From: Dimorphilus gyrociliatus
Lineage: Eukaryota; Animalia; Annelida
Reading direction: 5' to 3'
Assembly: GCA_904063045.1 (NCBI GenBank)
Contig: CAJFCJ010000027.1
Span: 248,001 to 312,000 of the forward strand
Length of the DNA stretch: 64,000 nt
The notes below the pieces were generated by a model that was not told where the DNA came from, ran no database searches, and saw only the letters and a list, made by a program, of their open reading frames with translations. The stretch's first letter is position 1. Each line of letters begins with the position of its first letter. Made by a program: the position numbers and the translations under genes. Below, one piece after another: positions 24,739 to 37,731 of the stretch.

Positions 24739-27700
24739 AATCTATGAAGCGTAAATATTTCTGTCGTTCGAAAATGCAAACTGTGTAAGAGAGAACTCGG
24801 AAAACATTCCCCCAATTTTGTTTTTTAGAACTTTGACCCCTTTTTTCTTTCTATTTTTAATCAAACTAAGGTTTCCTATCCTTTTTTGTTACGTTTAGCC
24901 AAGTTTTTTCGACTTACCTCTATTGAAGATTTTCTAGTACACAATAGATAGCTCAATGCTAAGTAGTCTTTGTAAACTGTTCATATAGCAAAGCTATACG
25001 TACGACTTACAAGAATTACAAACTCTGCCATTCGTCAAAAGAATAGTTTGATTTATTTCATCCTTTTGTCGTGAGCGTTAAATTTTTGTCTTTCATAAAC
25101 CATTTGAATCTTAAGACCACTGTCGAGTATTAAAGTACAAATTTGGTTTAATAAAGTTTCAGTAACACCCATTTTGTCACAGTTTCTTACCTGTTTGTTC
25201 TAAAAAAGATATCTGTAATTTTTTTGCATTTATATACAAAGAAAAACCACAGAAAACCGTAATTTGTTGTAAGAGAAAAAGTTATTTTCTTTCTCTTTTT
25301 TGTTTCCTTCTCTTTATTTTAAAAAGGAAAAAAAAAGTAAAAGTAAATTTTTCTTTCCTTTTGAAGTTGAGTTTGTATAAATATTGTACATAAATGATAT
25401 AATAAACTTGCTATATAAACACTAGATTATATAGGAAGATTCGGATCACTGTTCAAGTATTTTTTATGTTCAATACTGGACATATTTTTCCAGTTTTTGC
25501 GTAAATACTGATAATAATAAAAAAATATTAAAAACATAAAACAAAGTACGCAAATACTTTTCAATAAAAAGTTGGATTTCTTTTTTCCATAGCGGATATT
25601 AATTGTCTTATTGAATATCCTTTTAGTCTAAAATATCCAATGAAATAAAATAAAATGTAGGATTAAGTAATGGTTTGTCTACGTATTGTTTAAGCCACTT
25701 CAATATTATGGGCTCTTTTATTGTGGATATACATTATACAGTAGATTGCGAAAAAAACTGAGTTACACAAGAGTACACTATTAGTTGTGTTTATAACAGA
25801 GCTCAGAAGCACGCGCAGTCATCAATTAATTCACCGAGTTCTTGGATGCAAGAACCTTTGATGCTCGGGATACTTTCCGGTTTGTAATTGAAGATTTTTC
25901 TCTGAGAGAAATGTTAAAATTTCAAAATGTAAACAAAAATATAGTTAAATTTATTAAGATTTCTCTATTAAGGAGAAATTATTTTTCTTTATTAATGAAA
26001 GAAAAGTCAAGAAGAGAGAGAGAGAGAGAGAGAGAGAGAAGGAGAAAGATTGACAAACTAACTTTTTAAGAGGAAAACAAGGGAAATGAATAAATGATTT
26101 AATTGTATTACTTTCAAACTATTCTATATCCTTGACATTTTCCTTTTATATCTCTTTAATATTAATTAAAATTATATCTCACACATTCTCTCAGTCATTC
26201 TCTTTACTTCCTCTATCTCTGTGTGTCTCTCTCTCTCTCTCTCTCCCACTCTACGTCCCATATCTGTACGATTTTCTCTCTTTCTTTCTCAAATTATTCT
26301 TACTAGTCTACCCCTAAATATCGATCTGGCAGAATTAAAAAGTTCTTAATCCGTATCGAACTTGAGTACAGTTAATTTGCATATGAATAAAATAATTTTC
26401 CCTTTTTATTCGAAAGTTTTTCTAGGGAGAGAAAATTTTTATTCCATTTAATAGAAAAACAACAAAATCAATCAGAAATTCTGTTTTGAATATGTTTTAC
26501 TGCTAAGCGAAGACGATATTTCCTTAGAAAAAACATCTTTTTCTTTCGAAAAACCATCCTACTGACGAAGCATATAATTTAAGGTCGTTAGCGAAAAGGA
26601 ATGTCCCTGAAAAGTACAACAAATAGCATGTTGAAATCTATTTTCGATCTAGTAGTATTTGAGCAGAAGTAACTACACGTAGAATGTAATCCAAGTATAT
26701 ACGAGTACAGATATTCGTACATATATTAGTATATTGGTAAATGTATTTATAGTTTTTTCATTTACCTTTCAAGGGAGGAATCTATTCCGTTCTTCCCTTA
26801 TTCTCTTCTCCTCATCCTCTCCTTTAATAATTTTTAAACATTTATTAATCCGTTTAGGATAGGTTTTCATCGAACTTTGAAGAGTTAATTTCTTTCAGTA
26901 ATACTTTAATTACAAACTAAGATACTTTACATAAATTATGTATAAAGCGTGTAAAATAGTCTAAACCTAGAAGCAAAAATTACAATACTAGTAGAAATTC
27001 ATAGTAAGAATCTCAAATACTTATATAATTTTTTTCTGCTTAGTCCATGTAATATACTCTACGAAGCAGGTTAAACAAGTTAACAAAAACTGTAAATATA
27101 ACATTAAGCGACTCTCGATGTTTGGCTAGTCGTCAGTTTGCCAGCTGCATTCGTTCGAACACAACTCCAATCTCAATCCAAGTTTATTCGTAAATCTTAA
27201 ATTTCATCTTTAATCTATAGATGTTTCTCTAAAAGAAAAAAGATTTATTTTTTTCTCTATTAAAAGGTTTGTAATCAATTTATTAAAAGCATATTTCAAG
27301 AAAATTTCCCCTCATTACACTTTTAACATTTCTTTATTTTTAATATTTCATCTTATTCCTCTTCTTGTATTATTTTTAACATATTATTCTCTCTCTTTCT
27401 TTCTTTTTTTTCTCCTTTTCTCTCTTTTTTTCTGTCTGACTATCCCACTCCTTTAAAAATTTCTTCTACTCCTAACATCATCAAATTGTTTCGCTTTGTC
27501 AATTATCTTTATTAATAAGGAAAATTACCTTTAAAGATATTTCTTTATTATTTTTTTAAGTGGAGATATCGAAAAAAAAGGCGTATTTCTTATTTAGCGA
27601 GCAAAATAGAAGATAATGAAAATTGAAATACCTTTTGTTATATAAAAATGCAATAATAAGGAAAGACAATAAGAGATTTTTGCACGGAATTAAACAGAAA

Positions 27701-28786
27701 AGAGACATAATCATCCTATTTTAAGGAATAAACACTTGTACTGTTAATATAAAATTAAAGCGTGAAGAGTAGGAAAGTTGGAAGTTTTTCTTGTATTGCC
27801 TTTAGAATAGCCTTTAACAAATTTTTAAATGAGTAAAGGGGGGGGGAGGAAATATCATTAAATTAAATAGACCTTGATTTGAAGGTATTGCCCTCAAAGA
27901 TTAATCTGATACCTGTTATTTATCACGAATTTCCTTTCATTCTTTCTAAAAAATGAATGTAATGGGGAAAAAGTTGCTAGAAGTGATCTTTACGTTGTCT
28001 CCTTTTTATCACTACTCTCTTATTTATGAAATAATATCTCTTATACTGTTTCTCTTTTCTCATTTTCCTTTTAACTAGAGAAAGTTACTGTTGTTGCAAC
28101 ATAAATTAACTAATGTATATAATGGTTGGTTAGGTAAAAAATATTGCAATACGGTCTAACGTACTGTAGAGGCTTAGGTGTTAACTTAACTTGGAATAGT
28201 CATTACAAAAAGGGGAAGAAGAGCAACAAGGGATGGACGAGAAATAGACAGCCTGGAAAATTTACAAGAAATGACTACGACGCCATCTGACTGTCGGGAT
28301 ATTCGTCTGTTAGGTTAAAGTGAATCAGATTTGCACTTCTTTGATAATGATCGTTTTTTATTAATTTATAGATTAACATTTAATATCTTGCTCATTATTT
28401 TTCACTAATTACGAAAAGACTCAGTATAAAAAATAGTATATGAGAGTACTATTTATTTATTAATGGATTGTAAAACTGTATGTAAAAGATGTAGGCTAAA
28501 TTTTACTGTATATATGTATAAATGGTATTTGCTGCATGCTATGATAATCCAACTACACTATAACTTCTTATTGAGAGACTTAGATAAGAGAAAATACTTT
28601 ATTTGTTGGCATTCTGTTAGAAATACTGTAACGGGCTTGTTACTTATGAACCAAGAATTAGCAATTGTTCTAAGTAAGCGTTTCGATATATCACAATGTG
28701 TCATTCCACCCCCAAAATCGAACTGAAATCAGTACAAAGTTCGTTCTAAATTCCCTGGAAAAGCGGCTGTGACGAGGCGTCTAAAC

Positions 28787-28817
28787 GGGGCGTGGCGCTA
28801 GCTAATGCCTATAAATA
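28787..28817 (+). promoter_or_regulatory. Core promoter: GC box + TATA box
   Basis: GGGGCGTGGC 28787-28796 and TATAAATA 28810-28817, 45 bp upstream of an ATG (28862) whose exon can splice in frame into the lectin gene. Confidence 0.6.
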
Positions 28818-28861
28818 GTTGCGTCCGAGGCGTCGAAAAAAAGCGTCGCTATTCACGAGTC

Positions 28862-31800
28862 ATGCTCAAAGAAAGGCAGCCGTTGGTTTGTAATAGCACG
28901 GATAGTTCAGCATCAGCAACACCTGAAAAATTTTATGACAAAACTAATTCTCAACTCCGAAAGGCAGTTTTGGTGGCAAGGTCTGACCTTGACCTGAGAA
29001 AAGGTTTGATAACAATTTATTTAAATAAACTAGAAATTTAGCTAAAACTTGAAAAAAGCTCAATGTTGAGATTGAAATAATATAATGGCTAGTAGTAGAA
29101 GTATCTATAGAAGATTTTGGTACAAGAGATTCCCATATAGACTGTATATATATATATTAGTAGATGCAGTATTAACTGTACAGCTTGTATGCTAATATTA
29201 GAGTCGTTCATGAGGTTGGATTCAGTTTGCTTGATAGTTTAAAAAGATATATCTAAACGTCTTAATGTATATATATTAGTATAAATATACTGTATATACT
29301 GTATATACATATTTACAAACTAAGCATATATACGATTATATATAGTACATTGTATATAACATATATTACATGCAGTTAAAAATAGTCTTTCTAATAAGTT
29401 TAATTATGAAAAGACAATGACCTATAAAATATTTCTGCACTCATTTTCACTGTGACGAACAAGATAGTTTAAAAAAAACCATCAGATATCTATAAATAGA
29501 ATTCGATTGAATTCGCTTTAGAGTTGTTTGAAACCCTGGGAGTTGAGAATAGTGAGAAAATATGAAATATTCACCTATATTTTACTCTTCCCTATTAGTA
29601 TCTCTTTCATTTAATACCCTTCACCTCCTCCCTCGAACTTCGCATTTGTTATGTACTGTATGATTGTAGTGATCATGGCTTAGAGACGTTGTTAGACGAC
29701 ATTTCGTCTAATCTAAAGCTTCTTTCTTTTTATATACTATCGTGTTCGAGGGTTGTAGGTATTGCTTTGAATTGCGTGGATCGGTACAAGCTTTCAAAGC
29801 GACCTTTGCTCTAGTCATCCAGTAAAAAAAAACTTTGCCTAACTAGTCCAATCGTTCTCTAATCTAAATCGATCTTGCGAACAATTGACGCGAGTCTGAC
29901 TAAACGGGAAAAAGTGGATGATTTTATTCATTTTTCTATAAAAAGGCGTCTAGAAAACGAAGTAGGAGAGGCGTCGAAAATATGAGTAAATATAGTCAAC
30001 TCGATTTTGGGAAAGAAACGAATGCGTTCTATATAATGAGAATTGGGGCGCCCAGCTAGCACAGGCCACTTTGTCAAATCGTTGATAAAATTCCTTGTCG
30101 ACGGCGTCAATCGACGGTTTCTTATATTAGTTCTCTTACAGCTATGATTTATATTTGTACGCATTAATTTATTTATAATTTTCTGCATGACAAGGCAAAA
30201 TGCAAAATGTACTTGAAGAGCAAAAATACAGATAACTATTTATAAAAGATAAAACAATTATAGAGAGGAAAGATAAGGAATAGAATTAATCCTTTGCCCG
30301 ATGTTATAGCAGCTTAATTATAGTCAAAAATTCGACAAAGTTTAAATAATCTGCTTAGCTAAACCATTCAAAACTGGTCAATTAGTTCCGAGTCATAGTT
30401 AAAATTGGACACGATTTAACCCTGTCCATTGCCTATTCCCCTCCCCTTTCTTCCGCCTTCATTCCTTTTCTTGTTCTTTTCTCTTCCTCTCTCTCTCTCC
30501 CTCTCTCTCTCTCTCTCTCAATAGTAAAAAAAGAAAAAGGTTCTTTTCTCAGCTTGACAAAGTTTTCTACTTTTTTTTCGTTCTATTTCTGAATGGAATC
30601 GTTAAGAAAATTATTATTATTATTAAAATTCAGTAAATATTTTACTATTCGATAAGGATTATAAGATTAGACGTAAAAAAATGGTTAAAAGTATAGTATA
30701 CTTCACTACTTTGTTTGTGATCTAAATCAGTATTAAAAAAAATACTAGTCACGTGACTAGATATACAGAAGGAAAACATATATTGCATTCAGTTTAGTAT
30801 TTGCTGTATATTATTGAAGGAATATATTTGGTCATTTTACAGAGAAGATTATCGAGCGGTTTGAGTGTGGATTTGATTGCTTTGATCAACTAAAGGCCTG
30901 TCTAATACAGTCACAAACGATCAAATTTAATATTCATGACGAAATATTTCAAGAAATTGTTTCATCAGTCTTCCTAGAAAATTTATCGTAAATCTTATTA
31001 AAATCAGTTAATAGAATCTCCAAATATTAATTATACCAGAGGGTAAAGAGACGAGAAAGTGAAAGAAAGGAGAGATTAAGACGATGATAAGTACAAAGAC
31101 TGAAAAAATCGTAATAATTTACAGATAACTTTAGGGATATAAGTTTAATCAAGTATTAAGTACTTGTACATTGTTTTGCGAACTATAGAAAACAAGGTTG
31201 AAAGGGATTGGGTAGGATTGGTGTTTGAATAGCAAAGTTAGACGAAAATATAGTTGCTCTATCCTTATCTAATCACGAAAACTTTCTTCTCGAGTACTTT
31301 GGTCGAGTAGAAACAATTTTTAATAATTTTACGTTTTCTTCCTCTAATTACTATATTAGAGATAGAGCTAAAAATAACTTGGCAGAGATATGCGAATCAC
31401 GTTCTTGTCCATTAATGATACGTTTTTCCCAAATAAGTGACCTTTTACTTTTTGTACCTTTTTATTAGGAAAAGAAAAAGGAATTCATTGTCTTAAGTGT
31501 TTTCTTCCTTTGACGAACGATAAAAGAGTTAGTCCTCAGTTTGACTAGAAAAAAAATCTACTAAAACGGATTATCAGTAGTACTAAACCCTATATAACCA
31601 ATGAATAAACTCTATCGTTATAGACGTTTGTTAATACAACTATGATGCAGATTATGTGTTTTATGAATATTAAATAGGCGCGCTAATCTTTTGAATATTA
31701 ATAAGCTATTTCGAACACTAGCAAGATCACTTATCACGGATTACAAGGCAGATCGATAGACTGTAAGATATTCGATCTATTATAACGAACGTACAAAAAA

Positions 31801-34800
31801 AAGCCTGATAAAAATAACATTCCGCTTCGCTTCGTACGATAGGAATGGAAAAACGCACGTCGAAATCTTGCGACTGTCGAGGGGATGGTCTACTGGATAG
31901 ATGTTCAACGGCGCCTAGTCATTATTATGTAACGACACCAGCGTCTATGAGAAAGAGCCGAGGAGAACACGTCTACGAGATTTGCTATTGCGATCGTAAA
32001 AAGTCTTCAGAAAGTTACTGTAAAGAAAATAGGAATAATGAAAGGTATTTATTGAATTATTTTTTACTCTATTTAGCTATTTATTTATAAACTGGTCTCT
32101 CAACAGACACAAATATTTGTACACTTACAAATTGTTTCTTTTTCTTATTACAAAAATCATTCCGTTGTAGGTACGAGGGATAGATATAGAAATAGATAGA
32201 GAGAAAGGGAGAGAGAGAGAGAGAGAGAGAGAAATTTTAAGATAAAATAGATAGATGGAAAAGATTGAGAAAAAAAAGTAACAAGAGTAATAATCATCTA
32301 CTCTAAAAAGTAGTCTTTCTTTTCCTCGTCCTCTCTCTCTCTCTCCCTTTCTGTCTATCTATCTATCTAGCTAGCCAGCTAGCTATTCCCCTCCTCTCTT
32401 ACACCACCCCTTAGTCTTTTCTAAAATATAGCTTTTAGACAAGCTCCTACACGAAAAGGGACTAGCTAAAAAGCCACATAATTATACTGTTGAAAAGTTT
32501 TTTACGTATTTCTTTTTTGTTTTCACACCAACCAAAAAAGATATATGAGCCAAAGATCTCTTGGAAATTTAACGATTACTGGAACACAACCAAAAATCAC
32601 ACCTAGAAGGGAAGAAAATGATTTAGAAGGAGAGAATGAAGAGAACTATTTAGCGTTTTTAAGAATGAGGAAATCGTTCAGAGGGAGACGCTCGAGGGTT
32701 AAACGATGGTGCAAATGGGCGTTTATGGCCTCACTTTGTTGCGGGATTTTTGTTAGTTTAACTGGAATTGTTGTTGGATTTGTTGTTCTCGCTCCATTTT
32801 ACGCTAAAGGTCAGAATTTTTATTACTTTCATTTCGAGTAGTAGGGAGAAAAAAAAACTAGCAATAACTATCTCAACAACCATCAAATTAATGAAGTTAG
32901 ATAATCTCTATTTATAAAGTATATACATGTATACTGTATATACTGTATATATACTTTATCTATATTTTTTATTTAAAGCTATGTAAAAAGATATTAGAAC
33001 GAACTCTTTATAGTCTGCTATTTTTTTGTTACGTTAATAGGCCTATATTAGCTTCAGAGCCGCAACTACTTATTGAGGATAAATGTTTTTATTAGCGGTA
33101 TAACTATTATCATTTTTATTATTTTATTATTCAAATGTTCAAACACAAAAAAAAGGAAAAAAATTGTTGGAATTCTTTCTAGTTTGTTCTTTTCTTTACT
33201 ATCTCACTTTGGGCCTATTAAGGATAGCTGAATAAACAAAGGAATAAGAGTGAAACTTTCTCATAACTGTACCATTTAATTTCCATTATTAAAGATTACA
33301 GATTTAACGAGTAATTCGTTTTAAAGGTTTTGTCGACCTCGAGTTGTTTAGTAATTCCTTCGAAGGAGGCGGAAAATCCGGGATTAGTCGGCATTTATTC
33401 GCCTCATTAGTCATTTTTTGAGATTGAATTGAAAGAATCTTAATTAATTAATTAGGTAAATTAAATAAAAACTATTGGAAAGGAATTTTTCTGTATTGGT
33501 CTCTATTTAAATGGTAAATTAGGTAGGAAGTAGTGCGATAATTGCAATTATAAAAGTGTTGAACACTTTCAATCGTTAAGCATTTTAAAGTTACCTGTTC
33601 ATGATATAAAGGAACGGTAGGGAACCCTTTCCATAATATATATTGAACAGAAATTTTTTATCTGGCCAAAGACTATCGATTTCACTTTGTTATATAACGT
33701 TTATAAAGATTATTCGACCGTAAGTGATTTTCTTTATAAATAAAATCTAATTACTCAATCAATTTATCGCCAGTATTAAAACTACTTAATCATTTCTTGC
33801 TTATTTATATTTAATACTATTTTAAAATTACTACCAATCAACTAATCTGTTGGAGAGTTGCGTCTGCCTGACCACTCGCCTTCCTCTCACTAATACACCT
33901 CTATATCTAAATACAAAGAGAGAGAGAGTAATATATTAGTATAATGCTTACGCGAATGAGAAAGAGTACAGAAGAGTAATTACTGAAAATACAATAGAAA
34001 TGCTTACGAAATATCCTAAAAAGGCAGGGAAGTAAGAATTAGAGAAGCTACTTGAATATTAATTACCTTTGATTGTAGAGTATGTACTGTATACATAACC
34101 GTATGGAAATTATTTTTACATACAATAGATATTTTTATGGCGTACTGGCTTTATTGTAGGAGCCTATCATATTTTTTAATCCCTATTAGCACCAACATCC
34201 GGCTGAGACGGAGTGCAACGAAAAAGTCGGCTCTTTGTTTGTTAAAGTTAATTTATACATACATCAACTCCTCTATATAGTGTGAAATTTTATCGTTACC
34301 CCCTAAAACAAGTTAAATCGAGTAGAGGGTTTGTTCCGGTGACTTTGTAACTACAAAGAGTTGTCCTGACTGTAATACCGAAAAAATTCTGAATCATATA
34401 GATAAAAGGAATGGAAAGAGAGAAAAAAGGCCAATGTGCTATACATCGTCTTGAAAATTTTTTTTGTCTCGGGTGATTTAGACGTCATCAGATTTTTTAG
34501 GATTCTATTGAAAGTAGACGCTTGATGAAATCCTTTTTTTTGGTTAATATGACCTCAGTGAGACGGGAGGGAGAGGCGAAGAGGAGAAAAATTGACGATA
34601 GAGACTTGTTAATACAAGCTCATCGCCAAAGGTGGAGGTCGATATGGGATCGCGTTGCTCTGAAAGGGGGGATTTCTTAGCACCTCTTCGGGACTCTTGG
34701 CGGGTGTCGATTCACCAAAAACGATTCTAATATAGATATGACATTTCGAGATAGGCGATATGACGAAGGGAGCTATGGTAAATCGACAAATCTGCCAGTT

Positions 34801-37298
34801 TTGTTATTTTTTGTCTAACAAGTTTGCAATCCCAATAGATACATTACGACCTTGTTTATAGTCTTCTATCGTTGGAATGAGTTGCTCTCCCTTCATCCTT
34901 AGGGTCTTTTGAGGTTGTTTAGTTAATTTGATAGTTCTCTATTTGTAATCCTGTAAAATAGGCCTAATAGCTTTAAATTTTTTACGCGAACTCTGCGTAA
35001 CACCTTTAATTCGAGAGTGTTTTATAAGATTTTACAAGCGCAACATTCCGATAGAGAGCTATAATTTTATTATATCAGTCATTTTTTCTTCAAATACCAG
35101 TTTTCGTAGAAAACTATTTTATGGTCAAATAAGACGCCTACTCTTTCCCTTTTAGACTTTTATAGATTTTATCATTTGTATTCTGTAATCATTATTATTA
35201 TTATTATGACTATTTTTATCATCTTTATTATTACTCGATTTACAAGACTGTATTGTTGAATAGTAGCTGTAAATTTACTAAAGAAATAAGTTTAACTAGT
35301 CTTTGAAGAAGGAAGAAAGTGTTTAGTGGAATTTTTCTTTGCCCAGTCGTTCTCTAACAAAGGCCATCATAGAGAAGTTTTCCCTGACCTTGTTAACGAA
35401 TAGCCTTCAGCATTGGCCCACCATGAAAATTATCAAATCATTCGATTTTTCATCAAGGCAATAATACTACAGATTTCTTTTCCAAATTTCTTTTCCTAAT
35501 GTTGAAGGGAAAGATGGGAGGGAGAGGGGTGTGAATAAGGGCGGGAGAGACTGATAGAAGGTAGGCGGAAGGTAGAAGGACAGGAAGGAAAAAAGTAAAG
35601 TAATTAATTATCCATTTTAACGTAACAGTAAAGAATTCAAGGCGAATTGAAAACTAAAAACAAATGAAATTTACTTCAATATCGTCACTATACAAATAAA
35701 AGAAAACTAGACTATGAAGGTTAAATATTAATTGACAATTTAATTTAATTAACCGTCAAAAAGAAGAAGAGTTATATTATATTCCAGCTCTCTTATAAAT
35801 TACACTAGACGTGTTAATAAAATATCACCTTTTTCTTTTTTCTACTACTCTCATTACATTTCAAGAAAGTTATTTTAACTTTATATAAAGATATTATTAG
35901 GAATAATATTTATTTAATAGCCAATTCGTAAGAATAGGCAAATTAACTGGAGAAATATTTACTTACAAAAAACAGGTATGAACGTAACAGAAAAATGCGG
36001 AAGAGGACAATTTTTATGCGCAAAGAATACTTGTGTTCATCCCAGAATGATTTGTAATGGAATTAAAGATTGCGAAGATGGTAGTGATGAAATGCACTGT
36101 GGAAAAAATGGTAAGATTCTTTTCCTTGTCTCAAATAAAAATTGAAGAAGATACGATATATTCCTTCTTTGATAGATAGATAGATAGATAGATGAATAAA
36201 TTAATATTTTAATTAATTAACAAGTTAATTAGTTAATTAAATGAAAAAACATAAGCAATATATTCTTACCAAATATAAAAAATAAAACGAAAAGGAAAGG
36301 AAAAAAAAAAAGTAATAACTAAAAAGTATCCATAACTCAACAGTGTCCATCAATCTTTCAAAAATAATACCTTCTCCAGACCAAATTATGAATGGAACGC
36401 ATATAGGTAAGAATACGTTGGATTTGTTTCCTTTTTTTTCATGTTTCGCTATAATTAAACACAGTAGATTTATAAGAAGAGTACATTTGTGAAATTATTT
36501 TCAGAGCCATCTAATTGGGCATACTTCCGGAATGGAAGTCGAGGAGGAAGTAAATATTTAGTAATTGATTCCATTATGTCCTTCTACGATGCTCAACAAA
36601 GATGTAAAGTTCTCGGTGGAGGTGTAGCTGGTCATCTGGCTCATATAAATACAATACAGGAACAATTATTCATCGAAAGCTATATTTCGAAATTGATGGC
36701 CCGACACAGTAATAATCTTATTATTACTATTATTAATACTATTATTATTTTATAAAAAGTCTTCCTATTAAACCTTTCCATTTCCATACTAATTGAATTA
36801 ATTAACGCAGAAATATCTAAATCCGGTTCTGGATTTTGGATAGGAGCAGTCAGGGATAGAAAAGATCCAGGTGGAATGTGCATGCACAACCAATGGCAGT
36901 GGAAAGATGCTGAGAAGAGGACTTTGGGTTATATTTCCGGTTTTACTGCTTTCGCTCCTGAAAAACCAGACGAGTAAGTAAAAGAAAAACTATTTAACTA
37001 AGGGTATTTATTGACAAATTTTGTTAATAGTGTATACAGTCCCGAGGAGTGCTTGTATATATCTCACATTCTTGGAGACGATCCGGCCAGGTATATATAT
37101 ATTTAGTATACAATTTTTAAATACACCTTTTATCATTCTTTTCATAATTGATCTATATCTGACAAAAGCATTTTCTTCTATAACAATAGATTCTTAAAAT
37201 GGGACGACGCGGCTTGTGATTTACAAGGTACAAGCGGTATTAAGGTGTTATGCGAAATTGATATGAATAGAATTGATTATGGAAGTAGCGGCCGCTAA
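28862..37298 (+). CDS. Type II membrane receptor: cytoplasmic N-terminus - TM - LDL-receptor class A - C-type lectin domain (~433 aa, or ~385 aa if started at 31845)
   Basis: Exons 28862-29003 (tentative), 31843-32044, 32541-32809 (TM), 35976-36110 (LDLa CGRGQFLCAKNTCVHPRMICNGIKDCEDGSDEMHC), 36380-36406, 36505-36708, 36811-36973 (FWIGA, QWQW), 37040-37090, 37190-37298 (KWDDAAC...LCE, stop). All GT-AG and phase-consistent. Confidence 0.85.
30745..30760. promoter_or_regulatory. Perfect 16-bp palindrome centred on GTCACGTGAC (MITF/TFE/USF-type E-box)
   Basis: CTAGTCACGTGACTAG is its own reverse complement. Confidence 0.45.
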
Positions 37299-37685
37299 TT
37301 AACTTTTGTTATCGTTCATAATAAACCTAGTACTGTAATATATTTGTTTATGTAAATAGACGTTTAATAAACGATTTTATGCTATAAATAAGAAGGAAAC
37401 AAAGGTTTTGAATATAATAGGAAATAGAAAATTTATATATATATATATATATAAAATCACCGACAGCAACAATAATCCCAACAACCGCTGATTACTATGA
37501 ATACTATACTGCTTAGGTGACAATTTTTTCCTTTTTCAATAGTTTTGATTAAAGAAATAACATTAAAAAAGATATTACTTTATTCTATTCCTATTTACTT
37601 TTTGATGATTCGCTATTTTTCGCGCTCTATTGAAAAATGAATTTACCGTTGATTCACAATGGATTTTTGTAAATCTTCTTGTACG

Positions 37686-37731
37686 GCGCCATCTATCTGG
37701 TTTAATCTTTTATAGACCCATAGATGGCAAC
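37686..37731. promoter_or_regulatory. Divergent pair of CTCF-like motifs
   Basis: GCGCCATCTATCTG 37686-37699 (identical to the 14-mer at 5767-5780) and CCATAGATGGCAAC ~37718-37731. Confidence 0.55.

Noticed and set aside
29590-30190. Overlapping open frames including VVGIALNCVDRY (GPCR DRY-like) and ORF 29928..30188
   Set aside because: No flanking TM helices, and frames are open on both strands because of locally higher GC. More likely intronic regulatory DNA of the lectin gene.
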